This document shows positions 9,487-19,501 of a DNA stretch of 64,000 bases, piece by piece; the stretch's first letter is position 1, and each line of letters opens with the position of its first letter. A program made the translations under genes and the position numbers. The stretch is from Gemmatimonadota bacterium (GTDB lineage Bacteria; Gemmatimonadota; Gemmatimonadetes; Palauibacterales; KS3-K002), in contig CP070812.1 of the NCBI GenBank assembly GCA_020344015.1, positions 2,740,126 to 2,804,125 on the forward strand, written 5' to 3'. Under the pieces are notes generated by a model, which saw nothing but the letters and a program-made list of their open reading frames with translations, had not been told where the DNA came from and made no database searches.

Positions 9487-12400
9487 TCAAGATCGGCCTT
9501 CCAAGACGATCCTCGACTGGCGTACGACCTCGCGCGTCGCGACGGTCAGCGCCGCCACGTTGATGTTATCGGATGCCAGCAATTCCTCGAGCACCTCGCA
9601 CATCGCCGATAAACGCTCGTCGTTCCTCTCGCGGAACTGGGCGAGCAGTTCATCGGTCGAAGTATCCCGAGGCTCGTGCGCCAGGAGTGCCAGCGTCAGA
9701 TTGCGCCGCGCTTCGCCCAGGTCCTGCATCAGCCCCTGCACGGCCCGCTGCTCCCAGACATCTTCGCCCGCCGCCATGTTCAGCAGTTCTAAGAGAAGCG
9801 CGAAGTCCACCTCATCCGTGAGCGCGAAATACGCGCCTCCCACATCGGCGACCGGGACTTCTACCTCCTTCGAGATGCGCGTAACCTCCATGAGCTCGCC
9901 GAGGAACTGGGTCGCTGCGATCTTCTGAGCCGTCCCCGTCGGTACGCCGCCTGCCTCGAGCTCTCCCAGCATCTCCGCGAACGACTGGCGCTGCGAGCCG
10001 AGGATCACCGAGGGAAGGATCTCGAACAATTCGGCTACGGGGGCCCTGAAAGTTTCGATCGCCTCACCGACCTCAGCTCCGGGCGGCAGATTCTCTACAG
10101 CCCAGCGGACAGTACGAGCGAGAATCCGCTCGAGTGCCAGCAGCCAGCGGTGCTCCTGCGCGGCGGGAATCGACGCTTCATTCTTCTCGATCCTGTCGAG
10201 CAGCTCGGGGACGCCGGCGATCTCCGCCGCCACGAACCATCCGCGGGCGACGTCGGCCGACCTCGCGCCGCTATCGCGCGTTACCGTCGGCACGAAGGTC
10301 GAGCCCATCAGATCGATCAGTCTGTTGGTGAGCACAGTGGCGACGATCTCGCGCTGAAGTCGATGACGGCGCAGGTCGCCCTCAGGAACGCGCACGACAA
10401 TGGCATCCGGGAAGTAGTCGTGCAGAAGCCGCAGAAAAGCGGGGTCATCGGGGAGCGTCGAGTCGAGGATCGAGCGTTTCAGATGCAGCTTGCTATAGGC
10501 GAGTAGAATTGCCAGCTCGGGGCGCGTCAGGCTCTTGCCGTGCTCCTGCCGTTGCTGCAGACGACTCCAACCGGGGAAGAACTCGAGCGACCGCTTGAGC
10601 CCCGCCTTGGCCTCGAGGTAATAAGAGGCGTCGCGGAAATCGCCCAACCGATCGGCGGCCCTGAGCTGCTCGAGACTCAATGCCCGGGCCTGCGCCCGAT
10701 TGTTCCCCAAAACCATCTCCGCCACGTCGTCGCACACCCGCTCGAGCATCGCGTTGCGCTCGGCAGGCGAAAGCTCATCCCGATCGACCAGGGCGCGAAG
10801 CAAGATCTTCAGGTTGACCTCGTGGTCGGACATGTCCACGCCGCCCGAGTTGTCGACGGCGTCGGTATTGACCCAACCTCCCTCAAGTGCGAAGTCGATC
10901 CGGGCCCGCTGCGTGAGCCCGAGGTTGCCGCCCTCTCCAACCGCCTTCAGCCGCAAGTCGCCCGCGTCGACCCGAACCGCGTCGTTGCTCGAGTCACCCA
11001 CATCGGCGTGCGTTTCATCGCCGGCCTTCACGTAGGTACCGATTCCGCCGTTCCACAAAAGATCGACAGGCGCCTGCAGGATCAGTCGGATCAGCTCCTG
11101 CCCGTTCACCGCGCTCGCGTCCGTGCCCAGCGCCCGCTGCGCCTGCGGCGACAGTCGGATCTCCTTGGCGCCGCGCGGATAGACGCCACCACCCTCGCTG
11201 ATCAGCGCCCGGTCGTAGTCCTCCCAACTCGAGGTCGGCAGACGGAAGAGTCGCCTCCGCTCCTCGTACGATCTCCCAGCGTCGGGATCGGGATCGATGA
11301 AAATGTGCCGGTGGTCGAACGCCGCAATCAGCTCGATCGTCCGGCTGAGGAGCATGCCGTTGCCGAAGACGTCGCCGCTCATGTCGCCGATTCCGACGAC
11401 GGTCACCGGCTCACGCATGATATCCTTACCCATCTCCCGGAAGTGACGCTTAACGCACTCCCAGGCGCCGCGCGCCGTGATCCCCTCCTTCTTGTGGTCG
11501 TAGCCGTGAGAGCCGCCGGATGCGAATGCGTCGTCCATCCAGAAGCCGTAGTCCGCCGCTATCTCGTTCGCCGTGTCCGAGAACGCGGCCGTGCCTTTGT
11601 CGGCAGCGACGACTAGGTAGGGGTCTTCATCATCGTGGACGACGGTCGCCGGCGGCCGCACGACCGCACCGTCGACTATGTTGTCGGTCACATCCAGCAG
11701 AGCGGAGATGAAGTCGCGATAGCACTCGCGGACCTCGGCGCCCAGCGCCGATCGGTCCGCCGGCATCCTCCTCACGCAGAAGGCGCCCTTCGCACCGCTG
11801 GGAACTATCACGGCGTTCTTGGTTTGCTGGGTTTTCACCAGCCCGAGAACCTCGGTACGAAAATCGTCCGGCCGCTCGCTCCAACGGATACCGCCGCGTG
11901 CCACCGGGCCGAACCGCAGGTGCGCTCCGGCGACGCGGACGCTGTGCACGAACATCTCGCGGGCGGGCCGCGGTTCCGGCATCTGCTCGACCGCCGCGCA
12001 GTCGATCTTGAACGTGAGGCGCGGACAGGCGAGCTGGCGCTCTCTGTTTCTGAAGTAGCTCGTCCGAACGGTCGCCTCGATCAGGTTGTGCAACCGCCTC
12101 AGGGTCAGATCATCGGCGATGCTCTCGACCGCCTGCAGCGAGTCCCTGAAGCGGCCGGCGGCCGTCTCCACGGCGATCGCCCGATCACCGGTCAGCTCGG
12201 GGTCGAACCTGGCACGGAAGGCCTCGCAGAGCAGTTGCGCCACTTCGGGGTGCGCGATCAGAGCATCCGGCGCCGCTCGGCGGCTGGGCACCGCACCCAA
12301 CTGAAAAGCATAGGCGGAGTAGGCTCGCAACACTGAGACCTCGTCCCAGCCGAGGCCGGCGGTGATGACGAGCCGGTTGAATCGATCGTTGTCGGCCCGG

Positions 12401-14328
12401 CCGCTCTGGACGGCGCGCAGCGTCTCGGTAAGCGATTCGGCCAGGCTGGCGGGGCCGAGCGGCCGCCCGTCCGGCCCCTGGACGACGAAGGTATGGATCG
12501 TCGCCGCACCCTTACCTGCAGCCTCGATGTCGAGTGCGTCGGCCTTGATCACCCGCAGGCCGAGGTTCTCGAGGATCGGCATGGTGTCGGCCAGGATCAT
12601 CGTGCCGCGCTCGACGAAGAGGCGAAGCTGGGTCGCTTCGATGCCCCCAGTCGCGTGGGGCTCCAGCGCCACCTGCATCTGGCCGGTTCGTTCCAGCGCC
12701 TCGAGCCGCTCGATATCCTCGACCGCCGTGTCTATATCAACGGTGGCCACGTACTCCGGCGAGAATGCGTCGAAATACCTCTCCTCCAGCCGGTGGACGT
12801 CCTCGGCGCCGTGCCGTTCGCCCAGCGCGCCGCGCAGCCGTTGCTTCCAGGTCTGAGCGATCTTCGCGGCGTGGTCGCGAAGCGCCTTCACGTCGACCTC
12901 GGCGATGCGGTCCGGGCTGGCCGAGATATAGAAATGCATGCGCACGGCCTCACCCTCACCGAGTGCCAGATGGTCGTTCAGAATGCTGCCGCCCAGTAAC
13001 TCGGCTATCTCGCGCCGCAACCGGCCACGTACCTCGTCCGAATAGTTACGCTTAGGGAGAATGACCATGACGATCACACCCCGGCCCATAATATCGGGCG
13101 TGAACAGGAGGCGAACATCGCCGGAGTCCTCCGCCGCCATTACGACCCGGATCTGCTTGCGCAGGTCTTCGACACTGACCAGGAAGAGCTCTTCCTTCGG
13201 CATATCGTTGAAGAGCTGCACGACTGCCTTGTAGTCGTGCGATCCCTCGGGCAGGTTCTCCGAAGCCAGCACTTTCTCCAGCTTCTGACGTAGGATCGGG
13301 ATGTCGCCCGAGTTCTCGGAGTAGGCCTTCCAGGTAAAGAGACCCAAGAAGCGATGCTCGCCGGCAACCTCGCCGTCTGCATCCAGCCTCTTTATTCCGA
13401 CGTAGTCCATCCGTGCCCGGCGGTGCACGTGCGACTCCGAATTCGCTTTGGACACGATCAGCAGCGGGCCGAGCAGCGCGCGTGCCCGCAGATCCGCCGG
13501 GAACTCCTCAAGTGCCTTGGGCACCCACGCGGACGAGTCGGTCTCGCGCCGCAGAATGCCCAGCCCCGAACCGCGCTCGACACCGGCCAGGCGTCGGCCT
13601 CCCGCATCCGTGCGGAACTCGTACCCGCGGTAACCCAGGAAGACGAAGCCTCCGTCCTTCAACCATTGGAGGAAGGCCGTGACCTCGTCGACCTCAGAAG
13701 CGCGATCGGGGAATCGAGCTCCGACCCGCACGAGCTCCTCGCACACCAGGTCCGTCATTTTTCGCATCGCCTGGAAGTCGTCGGTCGCCAGCCGGACCTC
13801 TTCCATGCAGTTGCGGATCTCGGCCTGCAGGGAGCGTGTGATATCCCCGTCGAGGTGGCCCTCGAACTCGCAGTACGGCACCGCGTACTTGGGACCCTCG
13901 GCCCTCCAGTCGCTGACCTCGGCCACCTTGCCCGCTTCATCCCGCTCGGCGACAACGATCGGGTGGAGCTCGTTCCGGATCTCGAAGCCCCTGGAGGTCA
14001 GCAGTTGGTGCAGCGTATCGACGACGAACGGTCGGTCGCTGATCGCTACCGCGACGCAACCCGTGTGACCGTATCCGGGCAGCCGGTCCACGCGGACACC
14101 GACGGCGCCTGGTGCCGTCCCGTCAAGCAGATCGAAGTTCTTCGAGACGAGCTCGAACACCTCGGCGTCGGTTCGTCCTCGGAAGAAATCGGCAGGTGCC
14201 CGACCCAGGGCAGCATGGGCGAAGGCCCTCAGCCTCCGCCCTCTATCGGGATCGGCACCGGCCTCGATGACCTGTAGGACTCCCTCCAGCACCTCGAGAG
14301 CTGGCCCGTCTCTTGCCTCTTTATCCAT
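9487..14328 (-). CDS. gdhB: Large NAD-specific glutamate dehydrogenase (~1610 aa)
   Basis: ARGGIRWSER, KNAVIVPSGAKG, YLVVAADKGTA, GIGDMSGDVFGNGML, NTDAVDNSGGVDMSDHEVNLKI. Start set at MDKEARD. Confidence 0.95.
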   Translation of the reverse strand: MDKEARDGPALEVLEGVLQVIEAGADPDRGRRLRAFAHAALGRAPADFFRGRTDAEVFELVSKNFDLLDGTAPGAVGVRVDRLPGYGHTGCVAVAISDRPFVVDTLHQLLTSRGFEIRNELHPIVVAERDEAGKVAEVSDWRAEGPKYAVPYCEFEGHLDGDITRSLQAEIRNCMEEVRLATDDFQAMRKMTDLVCEELVRVGARFPDRASEVDEVTAFLQWLKDGGFVFLGYRGYEFRTDAGGRRLAGVERGSGLGILRRETDSSAWVPKALEEFPADLRARALLGPLLIVSKANSESHVHRRARMDYVGIKRLDADGEVAGEHRFLGLFTWKAYSENSGDIPILRQKLEKVLASENLPEGSHDYKAVVQLFNDMPKEELFLVSVEDLRKQIRVVMAAEDSGDVRLLFTPDIMGRGVIVMVILPKRNYSDEVRGRLRREIAELLGGSILNDHLALGEGEAVRMHFYISASPDRIAEVDVKALRDHAAKIAQTWKQRLRGALGERHGAEDVHRLEERYFDAFSPEYVATVDIDTAVEDIERLEALERTGQMQVALEPHATGGIEATQLRLFVERGTMILADTMPILENLGLRVIKADALDIEAAGKGAATIHTFVVQGPDGRPLGPASLAESLTETLRAVQSGRADNDRFNRLVITAGLGWDEVSVLRAYSAYAFQLGAVPSRRAAPDALIAHPEVAQLLCEAFRARFDPELTGDRAIAVETAAGRFRDSLQAVESIADDLTLRRLHNLIEATVRTSYFRNRERQLACPRLTFKIDCAAVEQMPEPRPAREMFVHSVRVAGAHLRFGPVARGGIRWSERPDDFRTEVLGLVKTQQTKNAVIVPSGAKGAFCVRRMPADRSALGAEVRECYRDFISALLDVTDNIVDGAVVRPPATVVHDDEDPYLVVAADKGTAAFSDTANEIAADYGFWMDDAFASGGSHGYDHKKEGITARGAWECVKRHFREMGKDIMREPVTVVGIGDMSGDVFGNGMLLSRTIELIAAFDHRHIFIDPDPDAGRSYEERRRLFRLPTSSWEDYDRALISEGGGVYPRGAKEIRLSPQAQRALGTDASAVNGQELIRLILQAPVDLLWNGGIGTYVKAGDETHADVGDSSNDAVRVDAGDLRLKAVGEGGNLGLTQRARIDFALEGGWVNTDAVDNSGGVDMSDHEVNLKILLRALVDRDELSPAERNAMLERVCDDVAEMVLGNNRAQARALSLEQLRAADRLGDFRDASYYLEAKAGLKRSLEFFPGWSRLQQRQEHGKSLTRPELAILLAYSKLHLKRSILDSTLPDDPAFLRLLHDYFPDAIVVRVPEGDLRRHRLQREIVATVLTNRLIDLMGSTFVPTVTRDSGARSADVARGWFVAAEIAGVPELLDRIEKNEASIPAAQEHRWLLALERILARTVRWAVENLPPGAEVGEAIETFRAPVAELFEILPSVILGSQRQSFAEMLGELEAGGVPTGTAQKIAATQFLGELMEVTRISKEVEVPVADVGGAYFALTDEVDFALLLELLNMAAGEDVWEQRAVQGLMQDLGEARRNLTLALLAHEPRDTSTDELLAQFRERNDERLSAMCEVLEELLASDNINVAALTVATREVVRQSRIVLEGRS

Positions 14329-14595
14329 CTCGCTTTGTGACGATTGACGACATCGGATGTCTAAGTGACCCGCGAGGCCCGGCTTGCGAAATCTGGCGCG
14401 ATCCCTCAACCGGCCGCAATATACGTAACTGCGCGCAGATCGCTGCAAAACCGGGGCCGCCGAGGGCCCCGATCGACGGCACTCTCCCCCGCCGTCCGGC
14501 CGAGGCTGACCGCTCGGGTGAACCGTATCCGAGCCCGCCGGTGTAGAAGAGAGCTGGCCGGATACCGTCACCGCACCAGGCACCAGCAAGATCCA

Positions 14596-15663
14596 GTGAG
14601 CGAAGCTAGGCAAAAAGCGGAAGGTCGCGAAGAGCGGCAGGTGGGCCCGTTCAAGGCCGCCTGGTGGCTCCGCGGTCGACATCGCCAGACTATCTGGAAC
14701 CGCATGCTGCGGCCCCGCCAACACGTCGCCACCACCCGTGCCCGCTGGACTACGCCGGACGGCGACTTTCTCGACCTCGACTTCATGGACGGCCCGGTGG
14801 CCTCACCGCAACTGGTCGTAGTTCACGGGCTCGAAGGCTCTTCCGATCGGAAGTACGTGCGCGGGTTCCTCGGCCTGGCGGCGGAGCGGGGCTGGCGCGG
14901 CGTCGCTCTCAACTTCCGGGGCTGCAGCGGGACCCCGAACCGCGCGCCGCGGCTCTATCACTCCGGCGACACATCCGACCTCGACTGGGTGATCGGCGAG
15001 CTGGCCAAGCGGGACCCCGGAGCGCCGATCCTGCCCGTCGGCATGTCGCTGGGCGGTAACGTGCTGCTCAAGTGGTTGGGCGAGGAGGGAGAGCAGGTCG
15101 CAGACGAGGTGGTGGCCGCGGCCGCCATCTCCACGCCGTACGACCTGGCGGCGGCGGCCGAGAAGATGTCGCGCGGCATCTGCCGGCTGTACACCCACTT
15201 TTTCCTTCGCACCCTCAAGCAGAAGGCGCTGCTGAAGGCTGAGCAGTACCCCGACATCCTCGACGCCGCGGCGATCCGCCGGGCCCGGAACTGGCGCCAG
15301 TACGACGACGCCGCCACCGCGCCGCTACACGGCTTCCGTGACGCCGCCGACTACTGGGAGCGCTCGAGCTCGATCAACTTCCTCGACCAGATCCGCCGCC
15401 CAGTGCTGCTACTCAGCGCCGGAGACGACCCGTTCATCCCGACGGACACCTTACCCGTCGAGGCGGTCGAGCGCTCGCCGTGGCTGCACGCCGAGTTCAC
15501 CGAGCGCGGCGGCCACGCCGGTTTCATCGCCGGCTCATTTCCCTGGCGACCGGTCTACTGGGCGGAGCGCCGCGCCGTGGAGTTCCTAGCCAGCTACGTT
15601 CCGAGCATCCGCCCGACCCGGGCGCCGTCGCCGCGCCCCGACTCCGAGGCGCCGTCGCCCTGA
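14596..15663 (+). CDS. YheT-like alpha/beta hydrolase
   Basis: HRQTIW, DGDFLDLD, HGLEGSS, NFRGCSG, GMSLGGN nucleophile elbow, DDPFI, GGHAGF. GTG start inferred. Confidence 0.9.
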   Translation: MSEARQKAEGREERQVGPFKAAWWLRGRHRQTIWNRMLRPRQHVATTRARWTTPDGDFLDLDFMDGPVASPQLVVVHGLEGSSDRKYVRGFLGLAAERGWRGVALNFRGCSGTPNRAPRLYHSGDTSDLDWVIGELAKRDPGAPILPVGMSLGGNVLLKWLGEEGEQVADEVVAAAAISTPYDLAAAAEKMSRGICRLYTHFFLRTLKQKALLKAEQYPDILDAAAIRRARNWRQYDDAATAPLHGFRDAADYWERSSSINFLDQIRRPVLLLSAGDDPFIPTDTLPVEAVERSPWLHAEFTERGGHAGFIAGSFPWRPVYWAERRAVEFLASYVPSIRPTRAPSPRPDSEAPSP

Positions 15664-15669
15664 GCGGCG

Positions 15670-16560
15670 CTACTGCCGACGAACGCCCGTCGGCACGGTG
15701 AACAGCAGGTTGCCACCCTCGGTCGGCGCGATGATGACATTGCCTTCCTTCTGCCCGACCTCCTGCAGCGTCTGCATATAGAAGTACGACAGGTACGCGG
15801 AAGTCAGGCTCTGGCCGATGATGTTCTGCGAGTCACGGATACCCAGAGCCTCCTGCCGCTTCTGCTCCGCCTGCTCCATGACGATCTCGGTCTGGAACTT
15901 CTGCGCCTGCACTTCCTGCTCGCGCTGCAGCTTCAGCTCGATCGCTTGTCGCACCGCCGGCGGCGGCTGGATCTCGCGGACGAAGAAACGGACGACCTCG
16001 ACACCCTTAGACGCCAGCTCCTCGGCCATTAGCTCCCTGACCCGGCCGGCGATCTGCAGCCGCTCGGTGGAGAGAATCTGGGTGCCCGTGAGCTCGGCGA
16101 TCGCGTCACGTAGGGCGCTGCGGTACGTCGTGTACACGTACTGGTTGACCGCGCGCATGTCGCCGACGATCAGGTACAGGTCGACGGCGCTCTCGGGCGT
16201 TACGCGATAGCGGTACGATGCATCGATGGTAATCGTCAGCTGGTCCGCCGTCAGCGCCTCCGCTATCTCGCTCTGCGCGCCCGGCGGCCACTGGATCTCG
16301 CGGGTATCGTACTTCGAGTACTGCTTCCAGAAGACGGCCGGCGCCGCGAAGTACAGGCCCTGTCCGAAAGAATTGTCCGCCACGTTCCCCGTGACCGGGT
16401 TCTTGAGCACCGCCACCTCGTAGTCGGTGACGGTCGTGCAGGAGAACGGCATCGTGACGGCGAAAAGGAGTACCGCCGCCGCCGGCACCATCACCATGGA
16501 CTTGGCGAGCGTGGGTCGCCGCATCGCGCGGAACTCGCGAGGAATGATCGGGTCTGCCAT
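15670..16560 (-). CDS. SPFH/prohibitin (band 7) family membrane protein
   Basis: N-terminal TM helix, TADQLTITIDASYRY, RSALRDAIA, AIELKLQREQE coiled coil. RBS GAGGTG before ATG 16560. Confidence 0.88.
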   Translation of the reverse strand: MADPIIPREFRAMRRPTLAKSMVMVPAAAVLLFAVTMPFSCTTVTDYEVAVLKNPVTGNVADNSFGQGLYFAAPAVFWKQYSKYDTREIQWPPGAQSEIAEALTADQLTITIDASYRYRVTPESAVDLYLIVGDMRAVNQYVYTTYRSALRDAIAELTGTQILSTERLQIAGRVRELMAEELASKGVEVVRFFVREIQPPPAVRQAIELKLQREQEVQAQKFQTEIVMEQAEQKRQEALGIRDSQNIIGQSLTSAYLSYFYMQTLQEVGQKEGNVIIAPTEGGNLLFTVPTGVRRQ

Positions 16561-16651
16561 GATCTCACCTCTCCAGTCTGGAGTATCCAAGTTCAGTGTT
16601 CATCATCATCTACACGGACGAGTACTGCTCTATTCTCCAACCCGCCGCTGT

Positions 16652-16768
16652 TCAGCCCTCCCCTGCTTTTTGCCTCTCTTTCCGGATCCCGTAGGTCAGA
16701 AGCACCAGGAAGCCGCCCCAGATGAAGCCGCAGGTCAGCGCCATAGCAACAATCGCGGATGTGTTCAC
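16652..16768 (-). CDS. MetS-like small subunit of NSS transporter (38 aa)
   Basis: Hand translation from GTG: MNTSAIVAMALTCGFIWGGFLVLLTYGIRKERQKAGEG*. Single TM helix with the IWGG motif and a purine-rich RBS. Below the ORF-track cutoff. Confidence 0.8.
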   Translation of the reverse strand: MNTSAIVAMALTCGFIWGGFLVLLTYGIRKERQKAGEG

Positions 16769-16790
16769 GATCTCTCTTCCCCTTCTCGGT

Positions 16791-18182
16791 TCAGGTTCGA
16801 GCCGCGAGGGGCTCGAACCTGGCGGTGAAGTGCCTGAGGAACGGTGCCTGGTAAGTTAAGCGATAACCGCCGATCTGCTCGCGGCGTTTCCAGACCTCGA
16901 TAATCGCCTCCACCGCGTAATCGACGTGGCTCTGCGTGTACACCCGACGCGGTATCGCCAGCCTCAGCAACTCCTTCTCGGCGGGCGTCTCGGCGCCGGT
17001 CTCGGGATCGACCTGTCCGAACATCACGCTGCCGATCTCCACGCCGCGGATACCCGCCTCGACATAGAACTCTACGGCCAACGCGATGCCGGGATACTGA
17101 AGCGGCTTGAGGTGCGGCAGGAAGGCACTGGCGTCGATGTAGATAGCGTGGCCGCCCGGCGGCTGAACGATCGGCACACCCTCCCGCGAGATGTGCTTAC
17201 CCAGGTATTCGGTCGAGACGATTCGATACTGCAGGTAGTCCTCGTGCACCACTTCGTCCAGACCGACGGCGATCGCCTCCAGGTCGCGACCCGCCAAACC
17301 GCCATACGTCGGATAGCCCTCGGTCAGAATCAGCAAATCCTTTTCCTGCCGGGCCAGTTCTTCGTCGTTCGTCGCCAGGAAGCCGCCGATGTTCGCCAGT
17401 CCATCTTTCTTAGCCGACATCGTGCAGCCGTCGGCATAGCTCATCAGAACGCGGGCGATCTCGGCCACCGATTTGTTTTCAAAGCCGGGCTCGCGCAACT
17501 TGATGAAGTAGGCGTTCTCGGCGAAGCGGCAGGCATCGATATAGAACGGTATCCCACCTCGGCGACAGATATCCGATACGGCGCGCACATTGGCCATCGA
17601 CACCGGCTGACCGCCGCCCGAGTTGTTCGTGATCGTCATCATGACGAGCGGGACTTTTTCGGGGCCCTCCCGCTCGAGGGTCGCCTCCAGCGCTCCCACG
17701 TCCATGTTGCCCTTGAACGGGTGCGGTTCCGCGATATCGCGTGATTCCGCACACGGCAGATCGAGAGCCGTGGCACCCCGGTATGCTATGTTGGCGCGGG
17801 TAGTGTCGAAGTGTGTGTTGTTCGGAACGATTTGGCCGGGCTCACAGGTAACGCTGAACAATATTCGCTCGGCCGCTCGCCCCTGGTGCGTGGGGATGAT
17901 GTGCTTGAACGGGAAGAGCCGCTTCGCCGATTCCTCGAACCGGTAGAACGACGGGCTACCGGCGTACGACTCGTCGCCCCGCATTACGGCAGCCCACTGA
18001 TTCGAGCTCATCGCGCCCGTGCCGCTATCGGTGAGCAGGTCGATCAGAACATCGTCGGCATGCAGGCGGAAGACGTTGTAGGACGCTTCCCGGATCTTGG
18101 CCAGGCGCTCGGCACGCGTGGTCATCCGGATCGGCTCGACCGCTTTGATCCTGAAAGGCTCGATGATCGTCTTTATCGCCAT
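16791..18182 (-). CDS. tnaA: Tryptophanase (tryptophan indole-lyase)
   Basis: IDLLTDSGT, MSAKKDG (PLP lysine). HFDTT and LRHFTARF carry the Asp/His typical of tryptophanase, where tyrosine phenol-lyase has Thr/Phe. Confidence 0.9.
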   Translation of the reverse strand: MAIKTIIEPFRIKAVEPIRMTTRAERLAKIREASYNVFRLHADDVLIDLLTDSGTGAMSSNQWAAVMRGDESYAGSPSFYRFEESAKRLFPFKHIIPTHQGRAAERILFSVTCEPGQIVPNNTHFDTTRANIAYRGATALDLPCAESRDIAEPHPFKGNMDVGALEATLEREGPEKVPLVMMTITNNSGGGQPVSMANVRAVSDICRRGGIPFYIDACRFAENAYFIKLREPGFENKSVAEIARVLMSYADGCTMSAKKDGLANIGGFLATNDEELARQEKDLLILTEGYPTYGGLAGRDLEAIAVGLDEVVHEDYLQYRIVSTEYLGKHISREGVPIVQPPGGHAIYIDASAFLPHLKPLQYPGIALAVEFYVEAGIRGVEIGSVMFGQVDPETGAETPAEKELLRLAIPRRVYTQSHVDYAVEAIIEVWKRREQIGGYRLTYQAPFLRHFTARFEPLAART

Positions 18183-18199
18183 AGCTCCAGCAGCAGGCC

Positions 18200-18787
18200 T
18201 CAGCCGGACCCGCTCCCTCCCAGACCCAGCTCGTCCTGGATCTCTGTCATCGCTTCGACTACCAGCTGCACGTGTTCGGCGAATGCTACACCCAACTCCG
18301 CCACACCTTTGTTCACGTCATCACGATTCACGCCACGGGCGAAGCTCGAGTCTTTGAACTTCTTCTTTACCGACTTCACCTTCATACCGTTGATGCCCTC
18401 GGGCCGCACCAGCGCACAGGCGGTAAGGAACCCGGTCAGCTCGTCAACGGCGAATAGTGTCTTGGCCATCAGCGTTTCCCGCGGCACACCGGTATGCTCC
18501 GCGTGCCCGAGGACCGCCTGCAGGAGCTCCTCCGGATATCCCTTCTCCCGCAAGATCTTGACGCCGGTACTCGGGTGCTCGTCGTCAGGTTTGCGCTCGT
18601 CGTTCGGCCAGCGCTCGTAGTCGAAATCGTGTAGCAGGCCGGTTATACCCCAAAGCTCCTCGTCCTCGCCGAATTTGCGGGCGTAGACGCGCATTGCGGC
18701 CTCCACCGCATACATGTGTCGACGCAGGTTCTCGTTCTGCGTGTACTCGTGCATCAAAGACAACGCGTTCTCGCGGGTTACGTCCAT
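18200..18787 (-). CDS. HD-domain (HDIG-type) metal-dependent phosphohydrolase
   Basis: RRHMYAVEA, GLLHDFDYE, LFAVDELTG, FARGVNRDD. Confidence 0.88.
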   Translation of the reverse strand: MDVTRENALSLMHEYTQNENLRRHMYAVEAAMRVYARKFGEDEELWGITGLLHDFDYERWPNDERKPDDEHPSTGVKILREKGYPEELLQAVLGHAEHTGVPRETLMAKTLFAVDELTGFLTACALVRPEGINGMKVKSVKKKFKDSSFARGVNRDDVNKGVAELGVAFAEHVQLVVEAMTEIQDELGLGGSGSG

Positions 18788-18808
18788 AACACTGCTCCGT
18801 GTTTCGTC

Positions 18809-19474
18809 TCACCAAGTCCCCGCTGTGGGACAAAGTTCCTCCAGGGCACAGCCATCACATTGCGGGCTGCGCGCGCTGCACCTGTAACGTCCATGCTGGA
18901 TCATACGCAGCGAAAACTCGGTCCAACCTTCTCGGGGCGCCAACTTCATCAGGTCCCGCTCGATCTTGTCCGGATCGTCCTCGGCGCTGAACTCGAGACG
19001 CCGCGCGACCCGCTTCACATGTGTGTCTACGGCTATCCCCTGGTTGACCCCGAAGGCCGAGCCGAGGATCACATTGGCCGTCTTTCGACCGATCCCTGCG
19101 AGCTGAACCAGCTCGTCCATCGTCTCGGGAACGACTCCGTCGTGTACCTCGACCAACGAGCGAGCGAAGGAAACGATCGAGCGTGTCTTGTTCCGGAAAA
19201 ATCCCGTCGAGCGAATCTCTTCCTCGAACACATCGGGATCCGCGTTCGCGTAGTCTTCAGCGGTCCGGTATTTCCTGAACAGCTCCTTCGTGACCTCGTT
19301 AACCCGCGCATCGGTGCACTGGGCCGAGAGGATCGTGGCGACGGCCAGCTCCAGCGGGTTGCTGAACTCGAGCTCGATCCTGGCCGGGTATGCCTCCGCC
19401 AGTCGCTCGATGATCCGGCCGGCACGTTTCTTCAAAGCGGTCGCAGGTTCTCGGCGCTTCTTCCTGGCCGGCAC
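18809..19474 (-). CDS. nth: Endonuclease III
   Basis: LSAQCTD, HhH motif LAGIGRKTANV, AVDTHVKRV, 4Fe-4S motif CSARSPQCDGCALEELC. Confidence 0.96.
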   Translation of the reverse strand: MPARKKRREPATALKKRAGRIIERLAEAYPARIELEFSNPLELAVATILSAQCTDARVNEVTKELFRKYRTAEDYANADPDVFEEEIRSTGFFRNKTRSIVSFARSLVEVHDGVVPETMDELVQLAGIGRKTANVILGSAFGVNQGIAVDTHVKRVARRLEFSAEDDPDKIERDLMKLAPREGWTEFSLRMIQHGRYRCSARSPQCDGCALEELCPTAGTW

Positions 19475-19501
19475 TGGCCCTCCCTCGGGGTGATTTCAAC
19501 A

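Noticed and set aside
14329-14724. N-terminal extension of the GDH ORF
   Set aside because: It overlaps the divergent YheT-like gene and promoter region, and is low-complexity with no GDH similarity.
16791-18182. Tyrosine phenol-lyase
   Set aside because: The diagnostic Asp (HFDTT) and His (LRHF) favour tryptophanase.
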